This document shows, one piece after another, positions 24,352-33,395 of a stretch of DNA of 35,903 bases. The notes beneath the pieces were generated by a model. It ran no database searches. It was not told where the DNA came from and saw nothing but the letters and a program-made list of their open reading frames with translations. Position numbers and translations under genes: made by a program. Positions within the stretch are counted from its first letter, which is position 1. The number at the start of each line of letters is the position of its first letter. The stretch comes from Archangiaceae bacterium (lineage in GTDB: Bacteria; Myxococcota; Myxococcia; Myxococcales; Myxococcaceae). The stretch covers positions 1-35,903 of the forward strand of contig JAYVCD010000039.1 of the NCBI GenBank assembly GCA_043750125.1, written 5' to 3'.

Positions 24352-25029
24352 TCAGTTCGGCTTTCTGGGGGGAGGCTCGGCCTTCAGCTCGTCGTCCGCG
24401 AAGTTGCCTTCTTCATCGACGGTGCCACCGAGCTTCTTCGCCTGACGGTTGGCTTCCTTCGCGCGGGCCTCGTTCACGACGGCCTGAATTTTCGCGGCCT
24501 CGAGCTCGATTTGCGCGCGACGCTTTTCGAAGTTCACCTCGATCGCTTCCTCGAAGGCGTCATTGGCCGATTCGACTTTTTCCCGCTGGTGTTTCTGCGC
24601 CGCGCATCGGCTGGGGTGTTGGGTGCACTCAGCCCGGCGGGCCTCGGCTTGCGCTTCGGCCTCCTCGAGCTCGACTTCGAGCTTCTCGCGCGGGGCGATT
24701 TCGATCACTTTTCCGCGGCCCGTCCGGGTGGTCCCGACCTCGTTGCCCTTCTTCACTTCGATTACCTTGTTGAAGCCCCGCACCTTCTCGGCGCTGGAGC
24801 CCGGCTGTCCGCGCGAGAGCTCGAGCTGATCTTCGGCCTTCAGCTGCAGCGCCTGCTCGCGGGTGAAGTCGAGCCGATCGAGCTGCCACTGGCTCAGCTG
24901 GGCTTGAAACTCTTCGAGCGCCTCGCGTCGCTGCGCGCTTTTGGGAGGGCGGCTCTTCGCTGCGGGCGGGGCGAGCGGAAAGTCACTCCACCCGGCGGCG
25001 AGAACGAGGGTCAGAGAAAACCACGGCAC
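24352..25029 (-). CDS. Hypothetical exported coiled-coil protein
   Basis: Hydrophobic N-terminus, E/K/A/Q-rich helical body, one Cys pair; starts about 10 nt after the upstream stop. Confidence 0.7.
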   Translation of the reverse strand: MPWFSLTLVLAAGWSDFPLAPPAAKSRPPKSAQRREALEEFQAQLSQWQLDRLDFTREQALQLKAEDQLELSRGQPGSSAEKVRGFNKVIEVKKGNEVGTTRTGRGKVIEIAPREKLEVELEEAEAQAEARRAECTQHPSRCAAQKHQREKVESANDAFEEAIEVNFEKRRAQIELEAAKIQAVVNEARAKEANRQAKKLGGTVDEEGNFADDELKAEPPPRKPN

Positions 25030-25038
25030 GCCAGGAAC

Positions 25039-25827
25039 CTACTGGGGGCCGTTGATCAGCTTCACTTTCACGGTCCGACACACGCCCCCGTCGACGAGGC
25101 CGGCGCAATTGTCGGCGCTGACCACCTCGGCCACTGCCGGGCCCGTTTCGAAGCAGCCCCACGAGATGCGATTTCCGCTGGGAAGCTTGGTGCTGGTGCC
25201 GACCGGACCACCCCAGACCTCAGTCCAGATCAGGAACTCAGCGCCGGTGCCGATGTTGACGAAGGGCTGCCGCAGCAGCTGTCCGCCGCTGGCCTGAACG
25301 GGGCTCACATCGTAGCCGCGCAGGTTGAACTTGCCGCTCTTCTCGATCTGGTTGGCATCGACCTCGGTCTTCCCGATCGCGACCGCCTCGACGGTCATAC
25401 AGGTGACGGCAGAGCCATCGACCGCCCGCTTGCTGAGGACTCGGGTGTTGAGCGCTCGCAAGGGAGCGGAAAACCCGGTCAGGCTCGAGGTGTCGAGCTC
25501 GAAGTGCACCTGAACGTTGGTGTTGAGCTGCTGACATTTGCCGCCGACACATTCTGGAATTGGCGTGTCGTTCTGAAAGTCCACCGTCAGACATTCGGCC
25601 TGCTTCACGGCGGCGCTTCCGCAGTGGGCGCAGGCACCGTAGTTGCCACCGGCGTCGACCATCGGCATCGGGCAACCCGCCTGGCCCGCGCAATCGGGGT
25701 CCTGGCAATCGGTGAGGCCGTTGTTGTTGTCGTCCTTCCCGTTGCCGCAGATCTCGCGCAGAGGGTCGACAGGAGGAGCAGAGCAGCCAGCGAGCGCCAG
25801 AGCGAACACCACGGCAAATCGATTCAT
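25039..25827 (-). CDS. Lipoprotein with a myxobacterial Asp/Cys putative metal-binding motif
   Basis: MNRFAVVFALALAG-C; EICGNGKDDNNNGLTDCQDPDC motif; ATGA overlap with the upstream gene. Confidence 0.82.
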   Translation of the reverse strand: MNRFAVVFALALAGCSAPPVDPLREICGNGKDDNNNGLTDCQDPDCAGQAGCPMPMVDAGGNYGACAHCGSAAVKQAECLTVDFQNDTPIPECVGGKCQQLNTNVQVHFELDTSSLTGFSAPLRALNTRVLSKRAVDGSAVTCMTVEAVAIGKTEVDANQIEKSGKFNLRGYDVSPVQASGGQLLRQPFVNIGTGAEFLIWTEVWGGPVGTSTKLPSGNRISWGCFETGPAVAEVVSADNCAGLVDGGVCRTVKVKLINGPQ

Positions 25828-27146
25828 GGGCACTTTCCGGCACATTCGCGGTTGGCAGGGACGCAGGCGCTCTGCCCCCCGGTGGTGAGCCCAAGGCAGA
25901 CGAACCCCTGGGGGCATTCCTGGCCGCTGGTGCAGAAACGAGCGCAATAGGCGGGGCCGACATCGACCACACAAGCGCCACCCGGACATTCGGTGGCTGC
26001 GCTGCACAGCTTGCAAAACGGAAACGGGGAAGCGCCGGCTTTGGCCGAGACGCATTCGCGTACGGTCAAATCGCACTGCTCGCAGGTGCCGCACAGCGTC
26101 GTGGCCTGACAGACATGAGCGGTACCGACCGTCGGGCCTTCACACTGCTTCGCGCTGTTGCAGCGCTGATCCAGGGGGCAGTTGTCGTGGGTCGCGCAGC
26201 CGGGCGCACATTTGTACCGGTTGTTGATCTGCTGGCACGACTGGCCCACCGCGCAATCGGTGTCCGCCTGGCAGAAGGGCACGCACTGCCCGGTGGCCTG
26301 CCCCGCGACGATCGAGCAGACCTTGTTGATCGGGCATTGCTCGTCGGCGCTGCACTCGCCGACGGGCTCGCAGACGCGATTGGTGCAGCGCAGCTTGGGA
26401 TCTCCGCAGTCGAGATCGACCGCGCAGTCGGCGACGCAGATCTTCGCGCGCGGATCGCAGGTGGTTCCGAACGGGCAGACCTGGACAATCGCCAGGCACC
26501 TGCCGCTGGCCGGGTCGCACCGCTGGCTCGAGTCCATGCACTCGGGGCTGGTGTTGCAGGTTCGCAGCGAGTCGGGCACGCAGCCCTGGAAGTTCTTGCA
26601 GGACGCGGGCTGGCCCGGAATGGGGCTGGTGGCGGGCCAGCACTGCTTCGTGCCGCCTTTGTCGACACAGGCTGAGCCGCGGGGGCAATCGATCGCAGCG
26701 GCACACGACTTCCCGCAGAACTTCTCGCCCAGCGCTTCGTCCTTGATGCAGTTGTCCATCGCCCCGCCGCACTCGGCGTCGAGGGCGCAGCCTTCGCAAA
26801 ACCCCTTGAGCGACCGACAAGCGCGGGTGTTGGAATCGCAATACTCGCTGCTCTTGCAATCCGAGGACTGCTTGCAGCCCGCGATCATCTCGACGCACAG
26901 GCCCGTGTAGTTGTTGCAATAGCGCACGGGCGTTCCGGAATCGCCGCGAGGAATGCAGCTCTCGTCCGAGAGGCAGATGCACTGATGGCGGATCTTGTCG
27001 CAGCGCAACACCCCGCATTCGGCGTCGACGTTGCACGAGCGGCCGACGAGCTCGCTGGGCCCTGCATCGAGGTCAATCGGCCCCTCTGGCTTGTTGGGAC
27101 AGGCGCACAGCGCGAAGCCAAGAACCAGGAGTGGCAGTCGCGTCAT
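25824..27146 (-). CDS. Cys-rich repeat lipoprotein (CxxDxEC/DC type)
   Basis: MTRLPLLVLGFALCA-C; modules CNVDAEC, CLSDESC, CKQSSDC, CALDAEC, CAVDLDC, CSADEQC, CQADTDC and others. Confidence 0.85.
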   Translation of the reverse strand: MTRLPLLVLGFALCACPNKPEGPIDLDAGPSELVGRSCNVDAECGVLRCDKIRHQCICLSDESCIPRGDSGTPVRYCNNYTGLCVEMIAGCKQSSDCKSSEYCDSNTRACRSLKGFCEGCALDAECGGAMDNCIKDEALGEKFCGKSCAAAIDCPRGSACVDKGGTKQCWPATSPIPGQPASCKNFQGCVPDSLRTCNTSPECMDSSQRCDPASGRCLAIVQVCPFGTTCDPRAKICVADCAVDLDCGDPKLRCTNRVCEPVGECSADEQCPINKVCSIVAGQATGQCVPFCQADTDCAVGQSCQQINNRYKCAPGCATHDNCPLDQRCNSAKQCEGPTVGTAHVCQATTLCGTCEQCDLTVRECVSAKAGASPFPFCKLCSAATECPGGACVVDVGPAYCARFCTSGQECPQGFVCLGLTTGGQSACVPANRECAGKCP

Positions 27147-27316
27147 GAGAGGGGCGCGCTCATAGCGCGGCGTTCCAGCGGCAGCAACCGCAGCCGCCCG
27201 TCGTGCGCACCCAGCCACAGCAGTCCAAGTCCCTTTACGTTCCGGCGATTGGAAGTGGGGCGGGAGCTTCGTTCTCTTCATTGAACCGTCATTGGCCAGA
27301 AGGCCAGGAGCCGTCC

Positions 27317-28924
27317 ATGAGTCACCAGATTCGTCCCGGTGAAACGCTGTCTTCGCTGGCTGCGCGGTACGGCACTTCGGTGAGCGCGCTGTTGACCGCC
27401 AACCCGCAGATCAAGAATGCGAACGTCATTCAGGCGGGCGCGACGCTTCAGCTTCCGGGGCAACGCGACAGCTTTGGCCCTGCGGTCTCAGCGGCTGCGG
27501 CAGCAACGGCCGCGGTGACTTACGACGGCAACAGCGCGGCCTCGGGGACGACGAACACCAACGCGGCCTACCCCGCGGCTCCACCGGTGAGGGGAAACCC
27601 GGGGATGCGCAACGCGAGCACCTACGACAATGTCATCAACGAATTCGCAGTCGGAACCAACCCGCGCTACGCCCAACGGGACGGCAACACCTACTGCAAC
27701 ATCTTCGCGTGGGACGTGACGCGCGCGATGGGTGCCGAGATTCCGCACTGGGTCGACAACGCCGGCCACCCTCAGCCCTACAACAGCGGCCACGAGATGG
27801 ACGCCAACTCAACCAACCAATGGCTCAACCAGCACGGCGCGGCCTACGGCTGGCGGCCCGTCTCGGCCGCAGAGGCGCAGCGGCTGGCCAACCAGGGCTT
27901 CCCCACGGTGGCGAGCCTCGATCAGAGCCCGGACATCGGACACATCGGAGTGGTGCGGCCCGGCTCGGACAACGGCAGCGGACCGGCGCTCGCACAAGCA
28001 GGCGCGACCAATACCAACCACTCGCATGTCTACGACCACTTTCCGCGCTCGGGGACGCAGTTCTTCGTCAACGACAAGGGCACCGCGGTGGGCGGCTCGG
28101 CGCCACCTCCTCCCGGTCCCACGCCGACGGTCACTGCCCCGGCGGCGAACCTTCAATACGACGGGGGTTCCTCGTACAGCGCGGACGTAGAGCAGCTGCA
28201 ACGCGCGTTGGTGAAAGTCGGAATGATGAGCCAGTCAGAGATGGACGGCGGGCCCGGCCACTACGGCCCGTTGACCCGTGCGGCGGTCAACCGGGTACAG
28301 CAGCAGGCGGGGATTACCGGCAACGGCGGTGAGGACTACGGGCCTCGAACGCGGGCCGCGCTGCAGACGCTGCTGGAAAAAAGCGGACCTGCGAAAAAGG
28401 TCCCGGCAGGCAGCGCGACCCGGGCCGCGCGCGACGCGCAGACCGCGAAGAAGATCGACGGGGTGCTCGCGGGCTACTCGGGCAGCCGGATGCAGGGAAT
28501 GGGCTCGGTGATCATCGCGGCGTGTCGCAAGGAGCATGTGCCGGTCGATCTGCTGATGGCTCAGCTGGCGAAAGAATCGACCTTCCTGCGCAGCGACAAC
28601 ACGCTGTCGATCGCCAACAACAACCCGGGAAATCTGAGGCACGCGGGCTGGGAAAGTCAGTTCGGGGGGACGCCGGGCCAGGGCGGCTTCGAACACTTTC
28701 CTTCGATTCAGGCTGGGATCCAGGCCTACGCACACCTGATGGGCAGTCGGACGCTTCCGTATCGCGCGATGGTCGACGCGCGCGACTGGAAGGGGTTGGT
28801 CCACACCTATGCGCCCGCCAGCGACGGCAACGACGAAGCCCAGTACGTGCGAGAGCTGACCGACTGGATGCGGATGTTCGGCGGAAAAATCGGCGTCGAT
28901 TCCAATTGGGTCAACGAGAAGTGA
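27317..28924 (+). CDS. Multi-domain peptidoglycan hydrolase: LysM, Cys/His peptidase-like, PG-binding and lysozyme-like domains
   Basis: AGGAG RBS. LysM (IRPGETLSSLAARYGTSVSALLTANPQI...IQAGATLQLP), YCNIF...GHIGVVRP, PG_binding_1-like (DVEQLQRAL...YGPLTRAAV...YGPRTRAAL), C-terminal KES...NNPGNLR...YAP...Y. Confidence 0.82.
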   Translation: MSHQIRPGETLSSLAARYGTSVSALLTANPQIKNANVIQAGATLQLPGQRDSFGPAVSAAAAATAAVTYDGNSAASGTTNTNAAYPAAPPVRGNPGMRNASTYDNVINEFAVGTNPRYAQRDGNTYCNIFAWDVTRAMGAEIPHWVDNAGHPQPYNSGHEMDANSTNQWLNQHGAAYGWRPVSAAEAQRLANQGFPTVASLDQSPDIGHIGVVRPGSDNGSGPALAQAGATNTNHSHVYDHFPRSGTQFFVNDKGTAVGGSAPPPPGPTPTVTAPAANLQYDGGSSYSADVEQLQRALVKVGMMSQSEMDGGPGHYGPLTRAAVNRVQQQAGITGNGGEDYGPRTRAALQTLLEKSGPAKKVPAGSATRAARDAQTAKKIDGVLAGYSGSRMQGMGSVIIAACRKEHVPVDLLMAQLAKESTFLRSDNTLSIANNNPGNLRHAGWESQFGGTPGQGGFEHFPSIQAGIQAYAHLMGSRTLPYRAMVDARDWKGLVHTYAPASDGNDEAQYVRELTDWMRMFGGKIGVDSNWVNEK

Positions 28925-28943
28925 CCCGTTCGTCTCGCCGGGC

Positions 28944-30260
28944 TCACCAGCCTTCGTAGGCTTTGGGGAGGAAGAGATCGCCGTGCTCGTCCTGGCCTGA
29001 GACGAACGGGAAGGCCGCGCGCAGGCTCGGCAAGTCATCGTCGAGGGCGAGGCACAGCGACTGCAGCGCTCCGAGGGCTGCGGCGTGTTTCTGAAGCTTC
29101 TGGTGAAGCACGTCGTTGGGGTAGGCCCCCTCGGACGTGCCGCAGAGCGAGAGAATCTTCAAGCTCCTGGGGAGGCCGCGCAGGGCCAGCTGCTCTACGA
29201 AGCTCGGCACGTCGGTGATGCTGTTGAGATGAATTTCGCGAAGCTTCGGTGCCTTCAGCGCAAGCAACGCCTCGAGCACCGCGGCGTCGTCGGTCTTCCG
29301 GGAATCCGACGCCAGCGAAAGCACCAGCCGCTCGAGCGCGGGCAGCTTCGAGGCGCCGATGGCCGAAATGACACTGGGGGCCAGGGGGCTGCCGACGAGG
29401 TGCAAGGCGCTCAAGGTCGGGTGGGAGCTCGCAGTCAGCTCGAGATCGCCCGTGGCGAAGAACCGTTGCAGGCCGGGAAGAGAATCGAGGACGCCGGCGA
29501 GATCTCCGATCGAGTTCTTTCGCTGGCGGGTCTGGCTTTGAAAGTGGGTGTCGAAGATGAACGCCTCGACGCTGGGCAGGCGCTTGCCGGCCAGGGCGTG
29601 TTCCCAGCTGTGCTTCGGAAAACCGAAGTCACAGATCAGCTGGACCGCGGTGGGGGCATCTTTTTCAATCTTGACCACCAGCCCTTCGCAGACGGCTGCC
29701 GGCACGGGCTTGTCGGCAGATCCCTTGAAGGTGATCGTGCACCGACCCTTGGCGACCACGTAGTTCACGTCGGCGGTCTGAGCCGAAACCGAAACGGCCA
29801 CCGCGACGGGTTTGACGGGCTGGTTCTCGATGACGGTGAAGCCTTGCCGGCGCCGCAGGTTGAGCACCCGCTGAAAGTGGGCCCTGGCCTCGGCCGGCGA
29901 ATCGAGCGTCTGAGTGACGCGCTGGTCACCCTCTCCGGTGAAGACGTTCGAGCCTTGAAGGGTGAGGACGAACTCGATTCCGCTCGGAGCGCGCAGGGCA
30001 GTACGAATCGTCTGCGGGGCGGCCGGGACCGGCTTGGGAACGGGGGCGACCGGCGTGCCGATTTCCAGGTAACCCTTGCCGGTCTTTTCTTTGATCAGCT
30101 GGGCTTCCTCGGCTTGGGCGGCTTCCGCGCTCTCGAGGGTCTTCGTTTTGGTCTGGCCTTTGTTTCCCAGCTTGCCAAAGCGCACGGTCAGCTGGGCGCC
30201 GGCCACCTCGACCTCCCAGAACTTCTGGGTGGCGTCTTCTTGGAACGCGAAGCGTCTCAT
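28944..30260 (-). CDS. WGR-domain protein with an LRR-like C-terminal region
   Basis: N-terminal KFWEV...VRFGKLGNKGQ...LIKEKTGKGY; Leu-rich repeats (LPGLQRF, LSALHL, LPALERLVL, LREIHL, LKILSL). Confidence 0.85.
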   Translation of the reverse strand: MRRFAFQEDATQKFWEVEVAGAQLTVRFGKLGNKGQTKTKTLESAEAAQAEEAQLIKEKTGKGYLEIGTPVAPVPKPVPAAPQTIRTALRAPSGIEFVLTLQGSNVFTGEGDQRVTQTLDSPAEARAHFQRVLNLRRRQGFTVIENQPVKPVAVAVSVSAQTADVNYVVAKGRCTITFKGSADKPVPAAVCEGLVVKIEKDAPTAVQLICDFGFPKHSWEHALAGKRLPSVEAFIFDTHFQSQTRQRKNSIGDLAGVLDSLPGLQRFFATGDLELTASSHPTLSALHLVGSPLAPSVISAIGASKLPALERLVLSLASDSRKTDDAAVLEALLALKAPKLREIHLNSITDVPSFVEQLALRGLPRSLKILSLCGTSEGAYPNDVLHQKLQKHAAALGALQSLCLALDDDLPSLRAAFPFVSGQDEHGDLFLPKAYEGW

Positions 30261-30301
30261 CGGCGGGTGATTACTACCTTCCCGGGACAACGGGGGCCCA
30301 G

Positions 30302-30994
30302 TCAGCCGCGGTCGCGTCTGCGTGCCTTCTGAAGGAGCTTGCGCCAGAGGTCGGGAGGAATTCGGGTGAGCAGCAGCAGGGTAAAGCCGGTGAGCGCGAG
30401 GATCTTCGGACCGATGCCCCGGGCCACCACGCCCACCAACAACGCGAAGGCCATGGCTCCCCAGACCAGAAGGGCGACCTTGTTCCGAACGATGGATTTT
30501 CCCGAAAACTTGTCGTGAAGCTCGAGGGCCATGCCTCGTTCCGCCGCCTTGGTCTGCTGCGCCAACAGCTCGCCCTCATGCAGCGCTTGTTCGCGCCTTT
30601 CACGGTCTGATTCGAGCGCGACTTCTAGCTCGGCCTTCAGAGCTTCGACCCGCAGCAGGTTGTGCTCGCGCGCGAGCGGGGTGGTGAGCGAGCCGGTGCA
30701 GCCGTGACATCGGGTCTCGAACTTTCCGCAGTCGATTCCGCAAGAAGGACACTGAAGCATCGCCAGCGCGGCGAGGGGATCACGATCGAGCCCCAGCCCC
30801 TGAGCTCCGTCTTCCTCGAAGCGCTGCAGCCGTTGCGACCCGGGCAGGGGCGCCATCGGGTCGGCCGGATCTGGGTGGGGAGCCAGATCGGGCTCGGGGG
30901 CAAAGCGCTCGAGCGACGCTCCGCTGGCAGGGGTGGAATCCGGCGTCGGCTCGCGCTCGGTCTCGAGCCGGGTAAAGCGCGACGATCGACTCAT
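30302..30994 (-). CDS. Hypothetical membrane protein with a zinc ribbon
   Basis: CPSC-x10-CHGC, coiled coil, two C-terminal TM helices; ATGA overlap with the AAA gene. Confidence 0.75.
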   Translation of the reverse strand: MSRSSRFTRLETEREPTPDSTPASGASLERFAPEPDLAPHPDPADPMAPLPGSQRLQRFEEDGAQGLGLDRDPLAALAMLQCPSCGIDCGKFETRCHGCTGSLTTPLAREHNLLRVEALKAELEVALESDRERREQALHEGELLAQQTKAAERGMALELHDKFSGKSIVRNKVALLVWGAMAFALLVGVVARGIGPKILALTGFTLLLLTRIPPDLWRKLLQKARRRDRG

Positions 30995-32493
30995 GAGGCC
31001 GGACGGGTGCGGTGCCGAGCCCACTCACGCAGGCGCGTCACGTCCTCGGACATCGTGACGGCCAGGGGCCTGGTCTCGTGGATCGCGGCCAGCAAATGAC
31101 GTGGCTCGAGCTCGAGGCCATCGGCGAATGCGTCGTAGAGCGCCGAGACCACGACCTGTTCGATCTCTGCTCCCGAGAACTCTTCGGTGACTTTCGCCAG
31201 CTCGGCCAGGGGAAAGCTCGCCGGGGCGCGCCCGCGCTTGCCGAGCTGAATGGCAAAGATGTCGGCCCGCTCGCGGTCGCTGGGGAGGTCGACGAAGAAG
31301 ATCTCATCGAAGCGGCCCTTGCGCAGCAATTCGGGCGGCAGCTGCTCGATTCGGTTCGCGGTGGCTACGACGAACACCGGCTTGGTCTTTTCCTGCAGCC
31401 AGGTGAGCAGCGTCCCGAAGACGCGGGCCGAGACACCCGAGTCGCCCCCTCCCCCGCTGGCGCCGGCGAGCGCCTTTTCGATTTCATCGACCCAGAGCAC
31501 GACCGGAGACAGGCTCTCGACGACGCGAATGGCCCGCCGCAGGTTCTCTTCTGATGAGCCGATGTAGCCGCTGTAGATCCGCCCCATGTCGAGGCGGACC
31601 AGGGGCATCTGCCAGCTGGTCGCGATCGCGCGTGCGGTCAGGCTCTTGCCGCAGCCCTGCACTCCGAGCAGCAGAACCCCTTTGGGCTCGGGCAACCCGA
31701 ACGCGCGGGCCGCCTGGGTGAAGGCATTTCCTCGGCGCGCGAGCCACTTCTTCAGGTGCGCCAGGCCGCCGATCTCGTCGAGGTTGGCGCTGGTCGGGTA
31801 GTACTCGAGCAGGCCACTTTTGCGAATGACCTGGCTCTTCTCTTCGAGCAGCAGCTTCACGTCGTCGTTGTCGAGCCGGTTGTCGCGCGCGATCGCCTTG
31901 GCGAAGGCGTTCTCGGCTTCCGACAGCGTCAGCCCCTGCGCCGCGGTCACCAGCGCCTCGGCTTGCTGATCGTTCAGCTCGACCACCGCCCGCTTGTTCT
32001 TCACCACCACCCCGATGATTTCGTTGAGCAGCGCGAGCAGGTCGTCTTTCGACGGCAGCGGGACGTCGATCACCGACAGTTCCTTCTCGAGCTCTTCGGG
32101 GATCTTCAGGGTCGGCGCGACGATCACCACGGTGGTGAACGTCGATTTCAATCGGTGGCCCAGCTCGCGCAGCGCCCTCACAGTCAGAGGATCATCGAGC
32201 CAACGGTGAAAGTCCTTCAGCAAGACGATCGAGGGGTTCTGCAGTTTCCCAATCGCCCCCAAGGCGGCGACCGGAGCGACGGTTTCTTCCGGCTCGGGGC
32301 CCTTGAACGCGCCGGCCAGGGCCCGCAGCCCGCGGGTGGCCGTCCATTCCAGCAGGTCCCTGCGCATGTTCTTCGCGACGGAATCCATCAGCGCATCGAC
32401 GCGCTGCTCTTCCCAGCTGACCAGGTAGAGCAAGGGGTACCGGGCGCGAATCAGAGTGGAGATCTCGCGCAGGAACGCAGGGAGCTCGGCCAT
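30991..32493 (-). CDS. Ycf46-like AAA+ ATPase
   Basis: N-terminal [17 protein letters not shown], degenerate first domain (LKDFH), Walker A GVQGCGKS, Walker [41 protein letters not shown]. Confidence 0.92.
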   Translation of the reverse strand: MAELPAFLREISTLIRARYPLLYLVSWEEQRVDALMDSVAKNMRRDLLEWTATRGLRALAGAFKGPEPEETVAPVAALGAIGKLQNPSIVLLKDFHRWLDDPLTVRALRELGHRLKSTFTTVVIVAPTLKIPEELEKELSVIDVPLPSKDDLLALLNEIIGVVVKNKRAVVELNDQQAEALVTAAQGLTLSEAENAFAKAIARDNRLDNDDVKLLLEEKSQVIRKSGLLEYYPTSANLDEIGGLAHLKKWLARRGNAFTQAARAFGLPEPKGVLLLGVQGCGKSLTARAIATSWQMPLVRLDMGRIYSGYIGSSEENLRRAIRVVESLSPVVLWVDEIEKALAGASGGGGDSGVSARVFGTLLTWLQEKTKPVFVVATANRIEQLPPELLRKGRFDEIFFVDLPSDRERADIFAIQLGKRGRAPASFPLAELAKVTEEFSGAEIEQVVVSALYDAFADGLELEPRHLLAAIHETRPLAVTMSEDVTRLREWARHRTRPAS

Positions 32494-32513
32494 GCCCAGG
32501 ACTCTACTGCGGC

Positions 32514-32663
32514 TCAGAATACAAACAGCTCGAAGGTCGACCCCCGTCGCAGCCCCTGCACGGTGGGCATCGCGGCGGGCCGCAGCGGAGCATCGGCAAG
32601 CGAGAGGGGCACGGGCAAAGGGTGTCGGTGACCCAATGTTGCGAACTCGCGAACGGTCGGCAT
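32514..32663 (-). CDS. Candidate 49-aa small protein
   Basis: MPTVREFATLGHRHPLPVPLSLADAPLRPAAMPTVQGLRRGSTFELFVF; co-oriented with both neighbours and ends 20 nt before the AAA start. No clear RBS. Confidence 0.3.
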   Translation of the reverse strand: MPTVREFATLGHRHPLPVPLSLADAPLRPAAMPTVQGLRRGSTFELFVF

Positions 32664-32744
32664 GTGCCGGAAGTCACCCCGGTGAGGCCCCAGCCCGTTT
32701 ATCCCGAGGGCAGTCGAGGGGCCGGCTTCTCGGCAGCGCTCTTG

Positions 32745-33395
32745 TCAAAAATTAAGCGGGCCGACGAACTCGACGAACTCGGCGGGGACCTTGAGGTCCG
32801 TCTTCTTCGCCTGCTTGCGAATTTCCCGAATCGTGTCCCGCGACCAGTCTTTCTGGAAGAAGTTCACGACCCAGGCGGGCAGCGAGCCTTTGGGGTCTGC
32901 GTCGACTTCGACGGTGAGGCGGGTGCGCTTGCCGCCGTCGATCGACTCCAGCACGTAGAGCGCACTGAGCTCGCCACGGACGTACTTCGAATTCTTCTTC
33001 ACGCTGGGATCGTCATCGGGGACCGAACGCATCGTCACCGTTCGGGTTGGGCGATCGAGTCGCATCGTGACCCGGGTGACGAACTCGCGGTCGCTAACGA
33101 CCAGCGGCATCGAGACATGGTTGTACTCGATGTACTCCGTGGGGCTGATCATCCGAACCACCCTCGCCTCAGCCAGACTGTCCACCCATTCGGGCGCGCG
33201 CGCATCGTCGAGCAACACCAGCGCGACGGTGGCCACTGGCGCATCGATGATCCCGCTGCCCTTCACCGACTTGATCGCGTGCTCCGGCAACTCGCGGCTG
33301 TAGACCTTGACCCCGTCGGAGTCCTGGATTTCCTGCCAATCACCGGCGAAGGCCAGGGTGGCGAAGAGCGCGGCGGGCAGAATGAGTTTTCTCAT
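32745..33395 (-). CDS. Exported START-domain lipid-binding protein
   Basis: Signal peptide ending AFA; W..IQDSDGVKVYSR, PLVVSDREFV, ADPKGSLPAWVVN. Confidence 0.9.
   Translation of the reverse strand: MRKLILPAALFATLAFAGDWQEIQDSDGVKVYSRELPEHAIKSVKGSGIIDAPVATVALVLLDDARAPEWVDSLAEARVVRMISPTEYIEYNHVSMPLVVSDREFVTRVTMRLDRPTRTVTMRSVPDDDPSVKKNSKYVRGELSALYVLESIDGGKRTRLTVEVDADPKGSLPAWVVNFFQKDWSRDTIREIRKQAKKTDLKVPAEFVEFVGPLNF

Noticed and set aside
32698..32740. TTATCCCGAG...GAGGG..CGGC...GGCAGC, resembling a SAM-I riboswitch 5' half
   Set aside because: The pseudoknot and kink-turn elements are missing, and it points into the 3' end of an opposite-strand gene.
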